A stretch of DNA of 63,919 nucleotides, filler included, from Octopus bimaculoides (taxonomy: Eukaryota), in assembly GCF_001194135.2 (NCBI RefSeq). It is 5 parts of 4 records of this genome, joined end to end, with 100 filler letters (N's around TTAATTAATTAA, not from the genome) between each part and the next. Parts side by side here need not be neighbours in the genome. Positions count along the whole stretch, not along the records: positions 1 to 29,755 come from NC_068981.1; 4 more parts are not named here. One strand, written 5' to 3'. The translations under genes were made by a program, and so were the position numbers. The notes beneath the pieces were generated by a model. That model saw only the letters and a program-made list of their open reading frames with translations. It was not told the origin of the DNA and did not search any database. Shown one piece after another: positions 12,903 to 25,300 of this stretch (the stretch's first letter is position 1; the number at the start of each line of letters is the position of its first letter).

Positions 12903-15900
12903 GGTAGACAAAAATGAGTTGTCCCAGGGTATATAAGATGCCTTGAACATCACTTATTAGCTAGACGACAACGGGAGCACATAAAACATACATTCAGTAT
13001 TATGGTTAAATCTTATCAAAACTAGAACAAGTGTGCCTTACCAACGAATCAAGTGCTCAACCAATTAAAAGCAGCAGTAGTTGCGTTCATGATGTGGTAT
13101 ATTAATTCGCTAAAAATGTGGTTTCTTTTGTAAAATTTTACATTAAAATTTACGATAAGAGTATTATGACAACTACACAGTAGCTATGGTCCGATTCGTA
13201 GCTGCCATGAACCTACTCATAGAGGTGGTGGTGGTGGTGGTGAAGGTGGGGAACAACATAAAGAATCAGGAACTGATGAGAATGCAAGCCCTCCACCCTG
13301 CTGAGCATTCGTTGATGCTATAACAGTTATAACATCATTTGAAGAAACACAGCTGAATCTGAGCTTGCTGGAGAAATTAGTGACATAGTTACGCGTGCCA
13401 TTTAATCCAGAGAAATCTCTGATCAATAGGATGTTGAAAATGAACTGGAAAGAATTAAGGATTGCTGGGATTTTTGGTTCCAACATTTCAGGAGAAAGGA
13501 AAATGATATCTTGGGAAGAAAGTATTACGATCTTCTGTAGTAATGGCAACGCGAAAGGATTTTTGGCCTAACAAAAGACCTAGTTCAGGGGAGTTTACAA
13601 TGGTCAGCTATTTGGTAATTCTTCGGTTTGGCGCGTCCGGTATGGAATCTTACCTAAACTATAGTGGTCATTTTGATACAATTGCAAGCAACAGAGAAAT
13701 TATGTTATAAGTTCGTGCGAAGATGGTTAAATGCGGACCCAAATTTCAACTCATTTCACCTGTAGAGCAAGACCTCCAAGCTCCATTTACGAATTTCATC
13801 GGTGGTGGAAGATTGCAAGGACGTTAAAATAGGAATAGCCAAAACAACGCTACTTTATGAGGATGAGAGAGTCAAGCACGTCAAGAATACCATAATAATT
13901 GGCAGGTAGCTCCAAGAACCCATGAAGGAAGCTGTAAATGTACTGGAATACCAGATTTTGGAGTAGTCTGACAGGATAATATTTTGATAACTACAGCGTA
14001 ACAGATGAAGCAATGCCAATTTTAGGGGCTTGAAAGCACATATAATGAATAGGATTCGAGAGGAAACATCGTCATGCACAAAAACAGTGGGTACAAGCAT
14101 CCGAGCGGCCACTATTCTAAAGGGAACGTTTGAGTACTGACCACAGAAAGTTGTCCTTCTTTCTGTGCACTGTCGTTCATCTCTTGCTTATCACAAATAA
14201 CATTTGAATCTCGAGTAAAGACCCATTTTGCAAATAATGTAGAGCAAATCTTTTCTCAATGAAACACTTACTGAAATACTGTGAGAAGGCTGATACTGTG
14301 TGGGAAGGCCGACGCCAGTCACCAAGCAAGAATCATAAGTAAACAACGCTTCCCGATTGCAATGAGAAAGTGATAAAGATCTTAAAACAGAAGCAGCTTT
14401 GAGAGACTCGTTTTCTATTCTGTGACTATCTCTAACTGGAAAATGTAAGTAGATGTGAAGGATATATATTCATCATTCTAGACAAGGTGGTGGTAACATC
14501 ACACTAACCAGACATGCATTGTAATCGCAAAATCCCCAGGAGGACAGATTCGATATTTCTCACCAATGTAAGAAAGCTAAATACGTGGATTTAGTTGAAG
14601 AAATTCTAGTATAATATGTCTTGCAGCCCTAACACCATTGATGGAGAGTGTTGCGATTTCCCAGCAGTAAGTGTGTGCTATTCTTTGGGAAGGTCGGTTC
14701 GGAATGATAAGGATTTTAAAAAAAGACGTTACAAGAGAGGAAGAGAGAGAGAGCTATTTGAGATGAACTGAAGGCGGTGGTGATTGGCAAGAGATTCCAG
14801 TTGGAACTCTTCTGTACTCAAACGTTTACTCAATCCCCACTGTCGATCTTCAGATACTTACTGAGGAAATTGAAGAGTTAAATGCAATTTGATAACTTTA
14901 GTCACCACCAGGAGAAGAGCTTGCAGAATCTTTAAGGAGCTCTTGTAATGTCTACTTGAAGCAAAGTAGTTCTGATGCTTATTTCAGTCACATACACACA
15001 TATAAACTCTCACACACATGCACGCGCACACACACATACACACACACACTCACATGCGCGCACGCGCGCGCACACACACACACATACACACATACACACA
15101 CATGCATACACACACACATGTGAAAACGAATTAAAATCCTGATAATGAAGATCACCGATAGAAATGAATTGTATGAAGAAAAGGAGAAAATGGGGTACGA
15201 ATTGTAAACGAGAATAAATTGCCTTGTAACGGAATGTAACTTTAGAGAACATGCCATGAATTAGGTTGATGTTGAGGGATGGATAAAAGTGTTAATTCTG
15301 AAATTAACATATTTTTCCTGGTTACTTGACTACTCGAAAGCAGTTATGTCTGCAAGGGTTTTGATTCAATGTGATGGTCTGTTATAGATTAATCCTTTGT
15401 AAATATGATAAGATTAAGAATGAAAACTTAAAGAAAATTCTTTAACCTTGAAAAATTGTCTTTTCAGAGGTAAAGTGAATTGTCTAAACTTACATTGATC
15501 GGTTTAAGAGTAATGCCAGGAATGATTTTTATTTGTAAATACGTTTGCACAAACGTACGTACGTGAGATTAACCTTGGCAATACTGGATATTCAAAATAT
15601 TCTGATGCTTCTACGAATGTATTTTTGAGACAACTTATATATTTCCTGCTGTAATTTGTAATTTATTACCATGTTTTTCATTCTGACAAGGATAAGACTT
15701 TCAAGAAAATGCAAACATCTAGAGAAGTTTTATCTTTGAAACAAAAGAATAATAAAATGTTGAAAAATATCTGTTTAACCTAATTCTCTGTAACTTTTTA
15801 CTGCAAAGATTTCATTTAAATGTTTGACAAGAGAAAAACAGAATGGACTAATCAGAACATGTGGAGACACGTGGGATGGAAAGGAATTGAAGTCACAGGA

Positions 15901-15920
15901 TGTGTCACAAAAGATTCCCA
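12903..15920 (+). pseudogene. Decayed intronless coding-like sequence of unknown family
   Basis: Long plus-strand stretches translate to plausible protein with scattered stops and frameshifts (e.g. 13543-14140, 14745-14985, 15140-15400); antisense shadow ORFs 13217-13549 and 13855-14112; polypyrimidine/AG acceptor-like site at ~12902. Boundaries approximate. Confidence 0.45.
14990..15120. repeat. (CA)n/(CG)n alternating purine-pyrimidine microsatellite
   Basis: Direct inspection; interrupts the decayed ORF. Confidence 0.9.
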
Positions 15921-15949
15921 ACAAAGGACACTAAAATCAGAATGATAAG

Positions 15950-16520
15950 AACACTCAAAGGGCGCAAACCTCCACCACAGCAACACTAACGTCCTCTCAA
16001 CGACTAGCCAGAGATGATATTTAAAATGAGAATATCTGAAATAAACTGGACTGCTTTCACATACGAAAATACTAAAACTGAACCCCACCTCTCTCAAAAA
16101 TTAAGTAAAAAAAAAACGAAAATATAATCCAGTATCCTTGTCCGGTACCTGATCGATCCGAATGGTAGTCATGGAACCTGAAAGTGGCTGTAGAAAAATT
16201 AGTAATAGTAATGAATAGTTTATCCTTCATCATTTAAAATAGTTACAACCTAAAGCGAGATAATTGAGAAAGACGTGTCAGTTAACGTAAGATCGTAATC
16301 ATATAAAATAAAGTAAATGTAGTAAATGATCAGAGTCCTTGTCCAGTACCGGACCGATACCAAAATCTAATCAGCTCGTGCCAGTCACGAGTTCAAACAT
16401 TCCTGAAAGTTTCATCTGAATCCATTCAGCGGTTCTTGAGATATCTTGTCCACGGACAAACAAACAAACAAACAACGATAGAAAAACAATACCTCCGCCT
16501 TCGCTAAGGCGGAGGTAATA
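15950..16520 (-). mobile_element. Helentron-associated non-autonomous element (HINE/DINE-1-like)
   Basis: Terminal hairpin ACCTCCGCCTT-CGCT-AAGGCGGAGGT (16491-16516), adjacent (CAAA)n, subterminal repeat at ~15975; reverse-complement homolog of 28462-28825. Confidence 0.75.
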
Positions 16521-16854
16521 ATAGAGCTGGAGTGAGGGCCAAGGATGTAGTGCGCGTGGTTAATTTTCAAAAGAATATGGTCATCTCCAAAGATCACTAT
16601 GTTTTATAAAATAGTTTTTGACATAACAAGGCAATAACAATTTTCAATGCGTTAGATGGGGAGAAAATCAATGCAACTCTATAGAGTATAATTAGTGTGT
16701 ATGAAAAGTATATAACAGAACACATATGTCAATATGAACAGCTAAAGACATGCTGCGTAATTGGTTTCCTCCAGGTTTTACATTTGTAAACATTCCGATA
16801 CGTTCATGACAGCTTATTATCAATCCCGATTAGAAGAAATAACGCTGTATACCA

Positions 16855-16980
16855 TATATGTATGCATACATACATACATCAATGTATGTATGTATGTATG
16901 TATGTATGTATGTATGTATGTATGTATGAAAGAATGTATGAAGGTATGTATGCAAGATATGCAAGATGTCTATGTATGTA
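16855..16980. repeat. (TATG)n microsatellite
   Basis: Direct inspection. Confidence 0.9.
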
Positions 16981-19447
16981 CGCCTTTTTGGATTTTTAGC
17001 ATTCTATCTAGAACGAAGGAGCTGGTGTCTAATTAAAGAAATAAGTTCTATCATAGATGTTTGGGTAACAACAGCGATAATTGTTACATATTTAACTTTA
17101 AGGAAGCCATGCGTATATCAACTATTCCACTCATAGATTGTATCCTTAAACATCCTAGCATCTTCAAATTTTGCCATTAATAACATAATCGAGTACACCA
17201 GGAGTTTCAGATTTCGAAGCAGTTTTCCATAGATAGTTATTCTCCTCACTGATTTTAAAAGATATGTTTACAACTGCAGAACAACTCAAATGTTCTCTAT
17301 GAATGTACAAAATATTTCTTTTCTGTCCCAAATAACTATATCAAGTACGTTATGCTTGCAATTACCAAGTGCCAGCAGAGAATACTCCACCAGTATTTCT
17401 TGTGCTGATATGTATTTATTACATAACATGGGCGTGGCTTATGTCTATCCAAGAGCAGAATTCTTTTTCTGATAACGTTACGTATTGCTTTTGCAACAGC
17501 ATTATATTGCAATGGAGAGAAGCACCTCGATAGAATTTTTGCATAGCTGCTGATAGTGTGTCGTATAGCCAGCTGGAGACGACGTTTCTTGGGGCTAAAT
17601 AACAGTAACAATCATCCAAACCAACATTGCCACATTATGTTGGTAAATAATCTTTCCTCTAGAATACTGTTACTGAGTGTTTCTCGTTCAGAGATTGAGA
17701 AATAATTTCATATATGTATAAGTGTAATCCATACACATATATGTATATTTGTATATATAATATATACATACAAATATATGTGTGAGTGTGTGTGAGTGTG
17801 TGCGAGTGTGTGTGTTTCTATGGTTACTTTTGTGCACAACATTCCTGTTCGAATTTTATGTCATAACACTTGCAAAACAAACTCACACACGTACATGTAT
17901 GAACATTGACGTCAACATCCAAGAGTGTTAATTATGAATTATGTAACACGCCTTTACAGTTATGGAACACAATAAAAATTAAGTCTTATTACAGGAGTCG
18001 AATCACATATTTATTGGTTGACAATTTTATTAAATACGTCAAACGTTGAGTAAAAGTTTGATTAAAACATTATTCTGCTGCCCAAATCCAATTTTTATTC
18101 AGTCTGCCGGTAAATTGCGACGGTAGTGTTTTGATTCATTGTTTTATTAAATCAGTAGTGAATGATTTGGTCATAGCACATAAGTGTTAGTGGACACTTG
18201 CTACTGACGAAATCCAAAGAAGCAAAAATATGTATTTAGCGATACCATCGCAGCTTCTGGAAGAATTTCGTCTGATACTCACATGTTTTTGTGTTTTTTA
18301 GCACGGTATTTCTATAAGAGATAATTGCCTGCAAATGGAATACTGCAGTTTACAACGCATTCAAAGATGATTATGATTTAAGTATGATACACAGATTCCT
18401 ATTTTGAACTCACTCTGGTCCTGTTGCTAATACATATATATATATAATTATATATATATANNNNNNNNNNTATATATATATATTCATATCTGTGATTTTA
18501 TAAAGTTGTCACTATATATATGTAATTATATTTATATAATTATGTGTCTAGCCAGCCATGATCTTTCTTTCTTGGCCTGACTGCCAATCGCCAACACTTC
18601 TTATGACCATCTCCTATGTTCCTGCCTTTAGGCTTTCAGTTCAGACACGCCAGCTCAATTTGATTCGTTCTCACTCGAAAGACACGGGTTGTTTTATTCT
18701 TGTTGTTTGTAATCGTAACTGTGTACCATGTTCTCCGTTTTTGTCTTCGTTGCCTTTCACATTTGCTAGCTTTCTTACTAAGGGGTCTAATGCTCTTAGC
18801 TTAGACTTTTTTTGGGGGGCAACCAGATCGAACCGTCTCAAGTGTAACTGACCGAAACGGTCGTGACCTCTTGTACTTAACTGAAGAAAGGAGGCCACGA
18901 ATGACCCGTCTCATTTTGCCAGTCCTTCTAATTGTTGTTTTTTTTTGTCCGTCTTTGTATCGTCTATCTGTTCGAATGTTCTATTGTTCGCTACTGCGTT
19001 TTTGTTCAGTNNNNNNNNNNTATATATATATATATATTTATATATGTACACATGTTATTATATATATGTGTGTACGTGTAAGTATGTATATAATTATACG
19101 TGTAACCCATACACACACACACACACATATATATATATATCATCAAACTTCAAATAGTGTATGTATGTGTGTGTCTGAGGATGTTTGCATTTGGCCATGA
19201 CAGATATTGGGATAACTCATTATTTTTTAACAATGTTTTATTAGATATAAACCTAATTTTAGCACAGAGATGTATACAAACTTATTCATTCATTTTAACT
19301 TGACCTTAAGGAAATATATTAAGTATATTTAAACGATTTGCTGCGTCTTCGCATGATTAGTATTCTGCAGTTCAAAACATTCTCCATTGTTACCAAATAA
19401 TATTTCTCTATGAAATTTCTATAGCGTTGCGTTTTATAAATGTATAT

Positions 19448-20308
19448 CTTCTTCTTCTTCTTCTTCTTCTTCTTCTTCTTCTTCTTCTTCTTCTTCTTCT
19501 TCTTCTTCTTCTTCTTCTTCTTCTTCTTCTTCTTCTTCTTCTTCCTCTCCTTCCTCTTCTTCTTCTTCCTCCTCGTTCTCCTCCTCGGCCTTCTCCTCGT
19601 CCTCCTTGTCCTCCTCCTCCTTGTCCTCTTCTTCATCATCACTATCATCAACATTTTCTCCTCCTCCATCATCATTATCGTGGTCGTCATCATCATCATC
19701 ACAATCATCACCACCACCACTACCGTCTCCGCCTCCGCCACCGCCTCNNNNNNNNNNNNNNNNNNNNNNNNNNNNNNNNNNNNNNNNNNNNNNNNNNNNN
19801 NNNNNNNNNNNNNNNNNNNNNNNNNNNNNNNNNNNNNNNNNNNNNNNNNNNNNNNNNNNNNNNNNNNNNNNNNNNNNNNNNNNNNNNNNNNNNNNNNNNN
19901 NNNNNNNNNNNNNNNNNNNNNNNNNNNNNNNNNNNNNNNNNNNNNNNNNNNNNNNNNNNNNNNNNNNNNNNNNNNNNNNNNNNNNNNNNNNNNNNNNNNN
20001 NNNNNNNNNNNNNNNNNNNNNNNNNNNNNNNNNNNNNNNNNNNNNNNNNNNNNNNNNNNNNNNNNNNNNNNNNNNNNNNNNNNNNNNNNNNNNNNNNNNN
20101 NNNNNNNNNNNNNNNNNNNNNNNNNNNNNNNNNNNNNNNNNNNNNNNNNNNNNNNNNNNNNNNNNNNNNNNNNNNNNNNNNNNNNNNNNNNNNNNNNNNN
20201 NNNNGCCTCCGCCTTCGCCTCCGCCTTCGCCTCCGCCTTCGCCTTCGCCGCCGCCTCCGGCTTCGCCTCCGCCGCCTTCGCCTCCGCCGCCTTCGCCTCC
20301 GCCTCCGC
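19448..20308. repeat. Compound triplet/hexamer repeat (CTT, CCT, CAT, CAC, GCCTCC/GCCTTC) spanning a gap
   Basis: Direct inspection; Ns at 19748-20204. Confidence 0.9.
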
Positions 20309-20504
20309 AAAAAATACCAAATTTTATTTAATTTGCTTTGCGGAAAGGACTGTTCCAGCGAAGCCGCGTATTGTCCTTGCCTTCGAAACGCGGAGTAGAT
20401 GAAAGAGGGAAAACTGACAAAGGGGTATACTCTTTATGTTCCATGTCTCGTTTCTCTGTTTTGTTTTTATGTTTTCGTTTCTCATTGTGTTCAACGTGTT
20501 TTTG

Positions 20505-21656
20505 ATGTCTTGTACCCATATAAGCATATATATAAGTAAAATGATTGTAGAGAATTGCTGGAACAAAAAGAAAAACCTGAGTATGGCATGGAGAGACTAC
20601 AGGAAAGCGTTTGATAGTGTCAAACATAACTGTATACTCAAAGCCCTTGAAATATATATATCTTGTCATATCCAAAATCTTACAAGGTAGCATGGCCAAG
20701 TGAAACACACGTCTCCTTTTAAGCATAGTAATTGGATGAACCAAACTAACAACATCAACATCAAATGAGAAATCTTTCAAGGTGTTTCCCTCTCCCCATT
20801 ACTCTTTTGCATGTCACTGATCCCACTCTCAAACCAACTAAATAACACCAGGTGTGATTTCAAAGTTTGAAATACGATAATAAACCATGTTTTATATAGA
20901 CGATCTGAAGCTGTTTGCCAGAAATTATGATGAACTAGTAGGGCTACTAACTACTGCTAAATAAATCAGCAATGACATCGGGATAGACTTCGGCCTTGAT
21001 AAGTGTGCTAAAGCAACTTTTGTAAGAGGCAAACTCAGACAAACAGCTTCTAATAAATTAGATACCGACACTACCATCAAGGAGCTTGACCAACAGGAAA
21101 ATTACAAATAACTGGGTATAAACGAAGGTGATGGTATACAACATGATACTATGAAGGAAAAATAAGAATAAGACATATTAAAAACTGGACTCAACTCAAA
21201 AAATCGCATCGAAGCCATTAACACTCTGGTACTCCAGTAGTCCAATATAGTTTTAACATCATTAACTGGAATCTTACAGAGCTCCAATGCCCGGACAGGA
21301 AGACAAGAAAAATACTAAATTCTAAGAACATGCACCACCCAAAGGCAGATGTTGATCGTTTGTACCTACCTAGAAATATTGGGAGAAGAGGAATGATGCA
21401 GGTAGGACTGTCCTATAAGACCTCTACAATAGCAGTGAACAGCTACTTATCTAGTACGGAGAACTGGACGCTGAAATTTGTGTGCAAACACGAAAGCAGC
21501 AAAAAGTTACGTTCGATTGTCAAGGAAGCTTGCAAATTCGTAAGAGAACTTGACATTAATCCTGAAATAGTTGAAGAACCTGAAACCACTGTCACCAAAC
21601 AAGAGAAGTGGATTAAGCAGACTGCAAAAAATAACGGGCAGAAACGAATTGAGGAG
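20505..21656 (+). mobile_element. R4/Dong-clade LINE fragment (RT domain), copy 1
   Basis: KMIVENCWNKKKNLSMAWRDYRKAFDSVKH, IFQG..LSPLLF, YIDDLKLFA, HHPKADVDRLYLPR; stops and frameshifts. Confidence 0.9.
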
Positions 21657-23373
21657 ATATTTTGCCTGTCCAACTGTGAGTGTTCTGTAAGAGATTTCAA
21701 ATTGGAACAAGCATCAACTTCCTTGAGCTCTGGGTAGGTAAAGACGATCTGCAATAAGATGCACCATCTTATTGCAAGTCAGCAGCTTACGGATTTTCCT
21801 GTCAATCTTATTTGTCTGTTAATTTTGTTTCGCTCATATTCCAGTTCAACACATTGAAACTGTAAATAACAAGGAATTTATAGCTAACGCCTTGTTACGT
21901 GCATTTAACTCGGATTTTAGTACTGCTCGAAATCTCCTGTAACATTCCTTCCAGATCTTCTCTTTCGTACTTGCATCCTGAATGTCAGAGCCCTCATTTA
22001 TTCCGAGGTATTTGTAAGTTTGTTCCTGCTCGAGTTCTTTAAAGACTGTGTCAACATCCAACATCACTGAATGTGAGATGTTCAATTTCCCCTCTCTGGA
22101 AAATGGCCTTCGCACATTTATCAAGACCAAATTCCTTCCCGATGTCACCACTGAATGTTTTCACTGCGCAGTGGTCCTTCAAGCTCATTATCGTCTTTGC
22201 CATAGAGTTTTAAGTCATCCGTATAAAATAGGTGACTTATTTTCTAATTACCAATTTTATATACCTTGTTCTGTTAAGTTCACTTGTAAGAGTTATGAGG
22301 GCTATGCAAAAAATTAAAGATGAAAGTGAGTCACTTTGGAAATTGCCGCAGCTGACATTAATATTTTTTGCAGTCAGTAATCCATTAGTATGGTATAATT
22401 GGAGATTCGTATTCCACACTGACATTTGTGCTTCAGGAAGTTTGAAATCGCAGGAGAAATTTTGAAGATATCCGGCGATTTCAAGATCCATGAATGCGGT
22501 ATGTTGTCGAAGGAATTTTTATAATCAATCCATGCAGAACTGAGATTTCTGCATTTGTTATGACAGTTCTCAAGGATCATGCGATTGATTAAGAGTTGAT
22601 CTTTGCATCGATATGAGCCTCGTCAGCACCCTTTTTGTTTAGTGTGGAAATTATCGTTCTGTTCCATAAATTTGTATGTTTTCTCCACGAGGATGGATGT
22701 AAAAAATTTTATACGTGGTAGATAAACATATTATGGGCCGATAGTTTTGGGGAAATTTGGTTTCATTATTCGTCGGGTGTAGGTAAGTAATACATGTCAC
22801 TAACCAATCAGCTGTTTTCATAGGATCTCTCATAATTTCATTGAATAACTGGACTAACTTTTCGTATGTGCACGGAAGCGATGGAAGCCAGAAATTTAGC
22901 ACCCTATCATTACCAGGGGATTTCCACTTACGAGGATTCATGAGTGTCATCCTTTGGTCTGCTATTGAGATGTCTTCCCATGCTTTTTCTGGTAACTTTT
23001 GGTAGGATCTTTCTATGCGTCTAATCCAGTCTGCATTTTCATCACTCCAGCTATTTTTCTAAACATTTTCAACTTCTTCCATGGGAGTGGGGTCTTCAAC
23101 GGTTATTTACTCCTTCCCTATTTCTCAGTAGAACGTTTCCACATTGGATGTGAACAGATTATTTTGCATGTAAAACTTGTTTCTTTTCTCAAATCTTCGT
23201 CTTTGAGCTTTTGCTTGGTCTTTTTGCCACAGTGTTTCCTTTGTTGAAAGCAGTTCTTCTCATGGTGAGAATCTCTGTTTTCTTTTCACCTTTCTTCCTT
23301 TTCGGGATTTTGCATCATTTCCACGGATTAGTTCATTCAATATTGATATTTCATCTCTCAGTATTTCAATCTC

Positions 23374-23375
<2 letters not shown>
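21645..23375 (-). mobile_element. R4/Dong-clade LINE fragment (pre-RT + RT), copy 2
   Basis: KWKSPGNDRVLNFWL...NYRPIICLST; CKDQLLINRMILENC...AWIDYK; YKYLGINEG; ELNARNKALAINSL. Confidence 0.9.
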
Positions 23376-23451
<76 letters not shown>

Positions 23452-23465
23452 TATTATTATTATTG
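23376..23465. repeat. (TAA)n directly abutting inverted (TTA)n
   Basis: Orientation switch at ~23450. Confidence 0.9.
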
Positions 23466-23899
<434 letters not shown>

Positions 23900-24122
23900 A
23901 GATGGTGAGCTGGCAGAAACTTTGCACGCCGGGCGAAGTGCTTAACAGTACACCTTGACGTTCTGAGTTCAAATTCCACCGAGGTCGACTTTGCCTTTCA
24001 TTCTTTCAGGGTCGATAAATTAAGTACCAGTGAAACACTGGGGTCGATGTAATCGCCTAGTCTCCCACCACAAATTTTAGGCCTTGTGTCTTTAGTAGAA
24101 AGGATTATTATTGTTATTATTT
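23900..24122 (+). mobile_element. SINE family B (tail type 1)
   Basis: Head GATGGTGAGCTGGCAGAA, B box GAGTTCAAATTCC, body GAGGTCGACTTTGCCTTTCATTCTTTC.GGGTCGATAAATTAAGTACCAG, (ATT)n tail. Confidence 0.9.
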
Positions 24123-24249
24123 TTAAATACTGTAATTGCTTTCGTTTTGTAAGAAAACGCTCACACTCTCGCTCTGTAATAATTTCATTTCATCGAAAAG
24201 TACTTTCACTTACTTTCTTTTCAATAAGAAACTATGTTCATTTTACATG

Positions 24250-25300
24250 GGAAGTCAAAAGTGGATTTTGTCATAATAAATACCTGAGTATCGCCGACGC
24301 AGTAGTGAAGTCAGTTTGCAAGGTGATTGAGATTTCAGAGATAATCATTATGGGCTGCCTTATAACGCATTCTATTGAAACAGAAGAACGCTAACATTAA
24401 TCTCAATTTATGTCCATCTACGAAACGTTTCAAATATAGCAATAAATTCCTATGTAAGTGACTCGAATGATTTTCTGTAGAAATAACGGTCAAGATTGCC
24501 AACACTCTGCTATCAGTGCATTTCTTCTCTTCGAGGAAGAAATGAGTCTGTATGTCTTGTATGAAGAGATGAAGTCTTATCTAACAGGTATTTCTCCACG
24601 AGGCCATGTGTTAGTTCTTAATGAACTTGAACCATGATACATCCACAAACTTGAAGACTAGACGCCCTCCTTTCGCGTTAGTAATGCGTATATTTTCAAA
24701 ATAGTGAAACTTGTCAAGCTGCTGAAACTTCACACGACATGCATACTATTTTGACGGAGTTGTTTACGCCGCAAAGTTTTCATATAAATACACATAATTT
24801 CTTACACCCACATTTTCAATGAAAGAGAAAGGAAGTGGACGGTATGAAGGCGAAATCACGATATGGTGTATAATTATATCGAGAACGAAGAGCATTTCCC
24901 TTTCCCGATAAAGTGGCAAAGCACGCCTTGAAAATCATCTTTTGATGGAAGAACAATAAAATCATTTCTCATAACAGCCAACATTGCCGTTAGCACTGGG
25001 TAGAAACTACTGGCAGAAGAGTTGTACGTTAGATAGCTATAAATATCATTGCCATCAATCCACGACATGAACAGCGCAAATAAATTATATGATATAGAAC
25101 AAACAGACAAACAATTCAAATAAATTATACATATTGGAAAGACAATATTTCCTTGGGATAATCGAAATAACACTAAATATATGTAAGACACACTCAGGAA
25201 GAAACTCCTTGTGATACAGTAATTGATTGAAATAGTCAATCGAGAAGGTTTCATTGTTGACCAGATGTACATTGGACAACTTCACTAACTGGTGGTAGTT
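24250..25300 (-). pseudogene. Decayed single-exon rhodopsin-class GPCR (peptide-receptor/chemoreceptor-like)
   Basis: In order on the minus strand across frameshifts: hydrophobic TM2/3-like ORF 24874-25272, TM3-like LMAMIFIAI*R, TM6-like DSRVLAILTVIS, TM7-like NLNHLAN*LHYCVGDTQ; ~1.05 kb span. Confidence 0.5.

Noticed and set aside
17040-17615. Possible old RTE 3' end
   Set aside because: Only a tail-like GGGGCTAAATAAC matches; no convincing RT peptide.
18560-18920. CCGAAACGGTC and CTGAAGA suggesting a hammerhead or PLE end
   Set aside because: Core elements are in the wrong order and stems do not pair.
19319-20402. Several 200-330-aa ORFs (poly-K/R/L/F/A/P)
   Set aside because: Triplet repeats plus N-gap read-through.
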